Source: Eledone cirrhosa
Lineage: Eukaryota
Reading direction: 5' to 3'
Length of the DNA: 64,000 nucleotides
Assembly (NCBI GenBank): GCA_964016885.1
Contig: OZ024747.1
Coordinates: 15,562,001-15,626,000, forward strand
Shown here: piece by piece, positions 61,342 to 64,000 of the stretch
How the letters are laid out: each line of letters begins with the position of its first letter
Position numbering within the stretch: the first letter of the stretch is position 1
Translations under genes and position numbers: made by a program
The notes under the pieces: generated by a model
What the model was told of the DNA's origin: nothing
What the model saw: the letters and a program-made list of their open reading frames with translations, nothing else
Databases searched by the model: none

Positions 61342-61648
61342 AAATGAAAAGACAAAGAGAAATAATTTTAAAATATAAAAAATATAAATAGAGATAACTA
61401 TATCTTTTATATATATATAAAGATAAAGAGAAATAATTTTAAAAATATAAAAAATATAAATAGAGATAACTATATCTTTTATATGTATATATATATATAT
61501 AAAGATAAAGAGAAATAATTTAAAAAAATATAAAAAATATAAATAGAGATAACTATATATTTTATATATATATATATATATAAGATATAGTTATCTCTAC
61601 TTATATTTTTTATATTTTAAAAATTATTTCTCTTTGTCTTTTCATTTC
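61342..61648. repeat. Three tandem ~75-80-bp units followed by an inverted copy
   Basis: aagagaaataattttaaaatataaaaaatataaatagagataactatatc occurs three times, then gatatagttatctctacttatattttttatattttaaaaattatttctctttgtcttttcattt follows. Confidence 0.85.
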
Positions 61649-61791
61649 TTTCATAAAATGTGAACAATTTCTCATTTGATATTTTACCCAGAATTTTTTG
61701 TCAAAAGAAAGCAATATGCCAACATATATCGTAGTTTAATAAATAATAAACAAACATCCGTATTATATATATATATATATATATATTAATG

Positions 61792-61868
<77 letters not shown>

Positions 61869-61920
61869 TTATATATACACACATACATATACATATACAC
61901 GCGCAAACACACGAACACAA

Positions 61921-62159
<239 letters not shown>

Positions 62160-62509
62160 TGTGTGTGTGTTAATATATATAAATATATATACTTATAAGA
62201 TGAAAGAGCAAAACGATAATAAAGGAAAGCAATGTATATAAGATGTGTCTTTGATATCCCGAGTTTCTAAATATATCTATAATATTCACGGGATAACGTC
62301 AACTGTTTTTAGAAAGGAAAGGTAAACATAAACATATATCGTATTGCATCCTATACAAAAGACTGCTTGTTTTCAGAGACAAGTTAAAGTGTAGTTGAGT
62401 GTCTGGGATTAGGAGAAACATAGGTAAAATATATATATATATATTTGTATATATATTTCTTATTAATATTACTATATATATATTTATACATATATATATA
62501 TATATATAT

Positions 62510-62571
<62 letters not shown>

Positions 62572-62920
62572 CAATAATAATAAATTTGAAGACTAAAATC
62601 CAAAGAGGACTCGATAAGGATAAATATATATCAAATATATAAGAACCATAGAGCAAGTATTTATTAAAATAACAGATAAAAGTTTAAGCACATAATTGCT
62701 GCTTTCACCCTTAACGGAATCTTCTGAAACTCAGCAGCGATTCTTAGCTTATACTTTAAACTGTTATTTTTATATATATATATATATATATGGAAAGTTA
62801 TATTTAAATTGTTGGGTTACAACTAGTAAATATTTATAACTGATATAAAAGCACTCGACAAGTATTTGGAGTATATTTACGATATTAAATAAATGGAAAC
62901 TATATTTATAAAACCATATT

Positions 62921-62987
62921 TATTTCGTTATATATATTTCAGGGATATCATATTAACAATATGCTATGCCTTCCTCAGACAAAATAC
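62921..62987 (-). ncRNA. Type I hammerhead motif inside a fold-back repeat
   Basis: UAUUUUGU-CUGAGGA-AGGcAUAgCAUAUU-guu-AAUAUGaUAUcCCU-GAAA-UAUAUA-UA-ACGAAAUA. 63015-63078 is the inverted copy of 62878-62940. Confidence 0.75.
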
Positions 62988-63075
62988 AATATAGACAGTT
63001 TTATAGATATCCCAGAAATATATATAATGAAATAAATATGGTTTTATAAATATAGTTTCCATTTATTTAATATCG

Positions 63076-63105
<30 letters not shown>

Positions 63106-63108
<3 letters not shown>

Positions 63109-63279
63109 TTGTTTCTACTTTTGTCACAAGGCCAGCAATTACCAAGTGCATTACTGGTACTTTATTTTATCGTTTTATCGACCCCGAACGTCAGCCTCGG
63201 CGGGATTTGAACTCAGAGCATAAAGGGACGTAACTATGCTGGAAAGCATGGCGTCCGACCCTCTACCGATACTGCCAAT
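63106..63279 (-). mobile_element. SINE copy
   Basis: Reverse complement of the 38025/49174 family, with an internal deletion. Confidence 0.85.
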
Positions 63280-63394
63280 ATACATATAATACATATATAT
63301 ATATACATCTGTTTTCCGTCTTTCTCTTTCTGTCAAGCACTTACACACAAACACAAACAGTAGCACACCGACATAGACATACACACATATATGT

Positions 63395-63657
63395 AGAATG
63401 TATGTATAGTATGTTCGTTAATATGCTGTATGTTTCATTAAAAACATTTTGAAGACCTTGCGCTATTATTTTAAAGTAGTGACTATGTCACTTACTTCTT
63501 TTTTCAGCAAATGATGGGAGATAAGCTGACAGATTTGTTTCACACTGTCGGTGTTTATCAGAGCCTTGTACCTGCCGACCTCTGCCGAAAATTATAGAGG
63601 CTTGATTCTTATAGAATTCCAGTAATAATCAGGAACTGATTATACAGAGCGATTGAT
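63395..63657 (-). mobile_element. Diverged dispersed relative of the 310-bp unit, with HHR at 63523-63567
   Basis: Shares acattttgaagacct and cttatagaat...caggaactg.tt..a.agagcg.ttg with the reverse complement of the unit. HHR reads AGGCU-CUGAUAA-ACAC-cgaca-GUGU-GAAAC-aaaucu-GUC-AGCUU. Confidence 0.75.
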
Positions 63658-63845
63658 ATATATATATATATACATATATATGTATACCAGTTTTCCGTCC
63701 TTCTCTCTCTCTCAAACACTTACACACAAAGACAAAGAGTAGCACACCGACATAGACAGACACACATATATGTATGTATATATATATATATATATAAATA
63801 AAATAACAGGAGGCTAGACTGGTGTAAATCCTTGAAAAGTTTATT

Positions 63846-63905
63846 ATATTATGATCATTTCAATGACCGGGTTCCGTATGAATCAGGTGATATCATCAGG
63901 TATTC
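63846..63905 (-). ncRNA. Hammerhead motif with palindromic stem III
   Basis: gaAUAc-CUGAUGA-imperfect stem II (ACC/GGU, UUC/GAA)-GAAA-UGAUCA-UA-aUAU. Stem III is the palindrome AUGAUCAU, and AATAAA follows immediately. Confidence 0.6.
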
Positions 63906-64000
63906 TAAATATAACAAATGAATAATAAAAATCCATGTGTCCGAAAATCAGAGACAGAGAGGGCGACTCACCAACTAGCTGTTTTCACCTCGGTCAGTCG

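Overview
AT-rich eukaryotic DNA with no intact protein-coding gene. It is dominated by (TA)n/(CA)n microsatellites and transposon debris. The SINE type and repeat landscape resemble an octopod cephalopod, which is my inference. Nearly all long ORFs in the track are microsatellite artefacts. The main signal is RNA-structural: a 4.5-kb array (12428-16920) of about 14.5 apparently identical 310-bp units. Each unit carries a type I hammerhead ribozyme (HHR) motif, and an inverted partial unit caps the array on the left. This fits a non-LTR retrozyme / Penelope-like element (PLE) derivative that could yield 310-nt self-cleaved monomers or circRNAs. About a dozen further HHR motifs from several unrelated sequence families are dispersed through the window. 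Most sit in (TA)n tracts and many lie within fold-back structures. One lies directly downstream of a PLE GIY-YIG endonuclease ORF remnant. Also present are CR1-, RTE- and R4-like LINE fragments, Nin/Deu-domain-like SINEs, a hAT MITE, a Tc1/mariner relic, a non-autonomous Helitron nested in an HHR palindrome, a 9-kb strand-biased microsatellite with about 2-kb higher-order periodicity, a 200-N gap and a few possible + strand exons. Everything was read by eye; no searches or folding programs were run.
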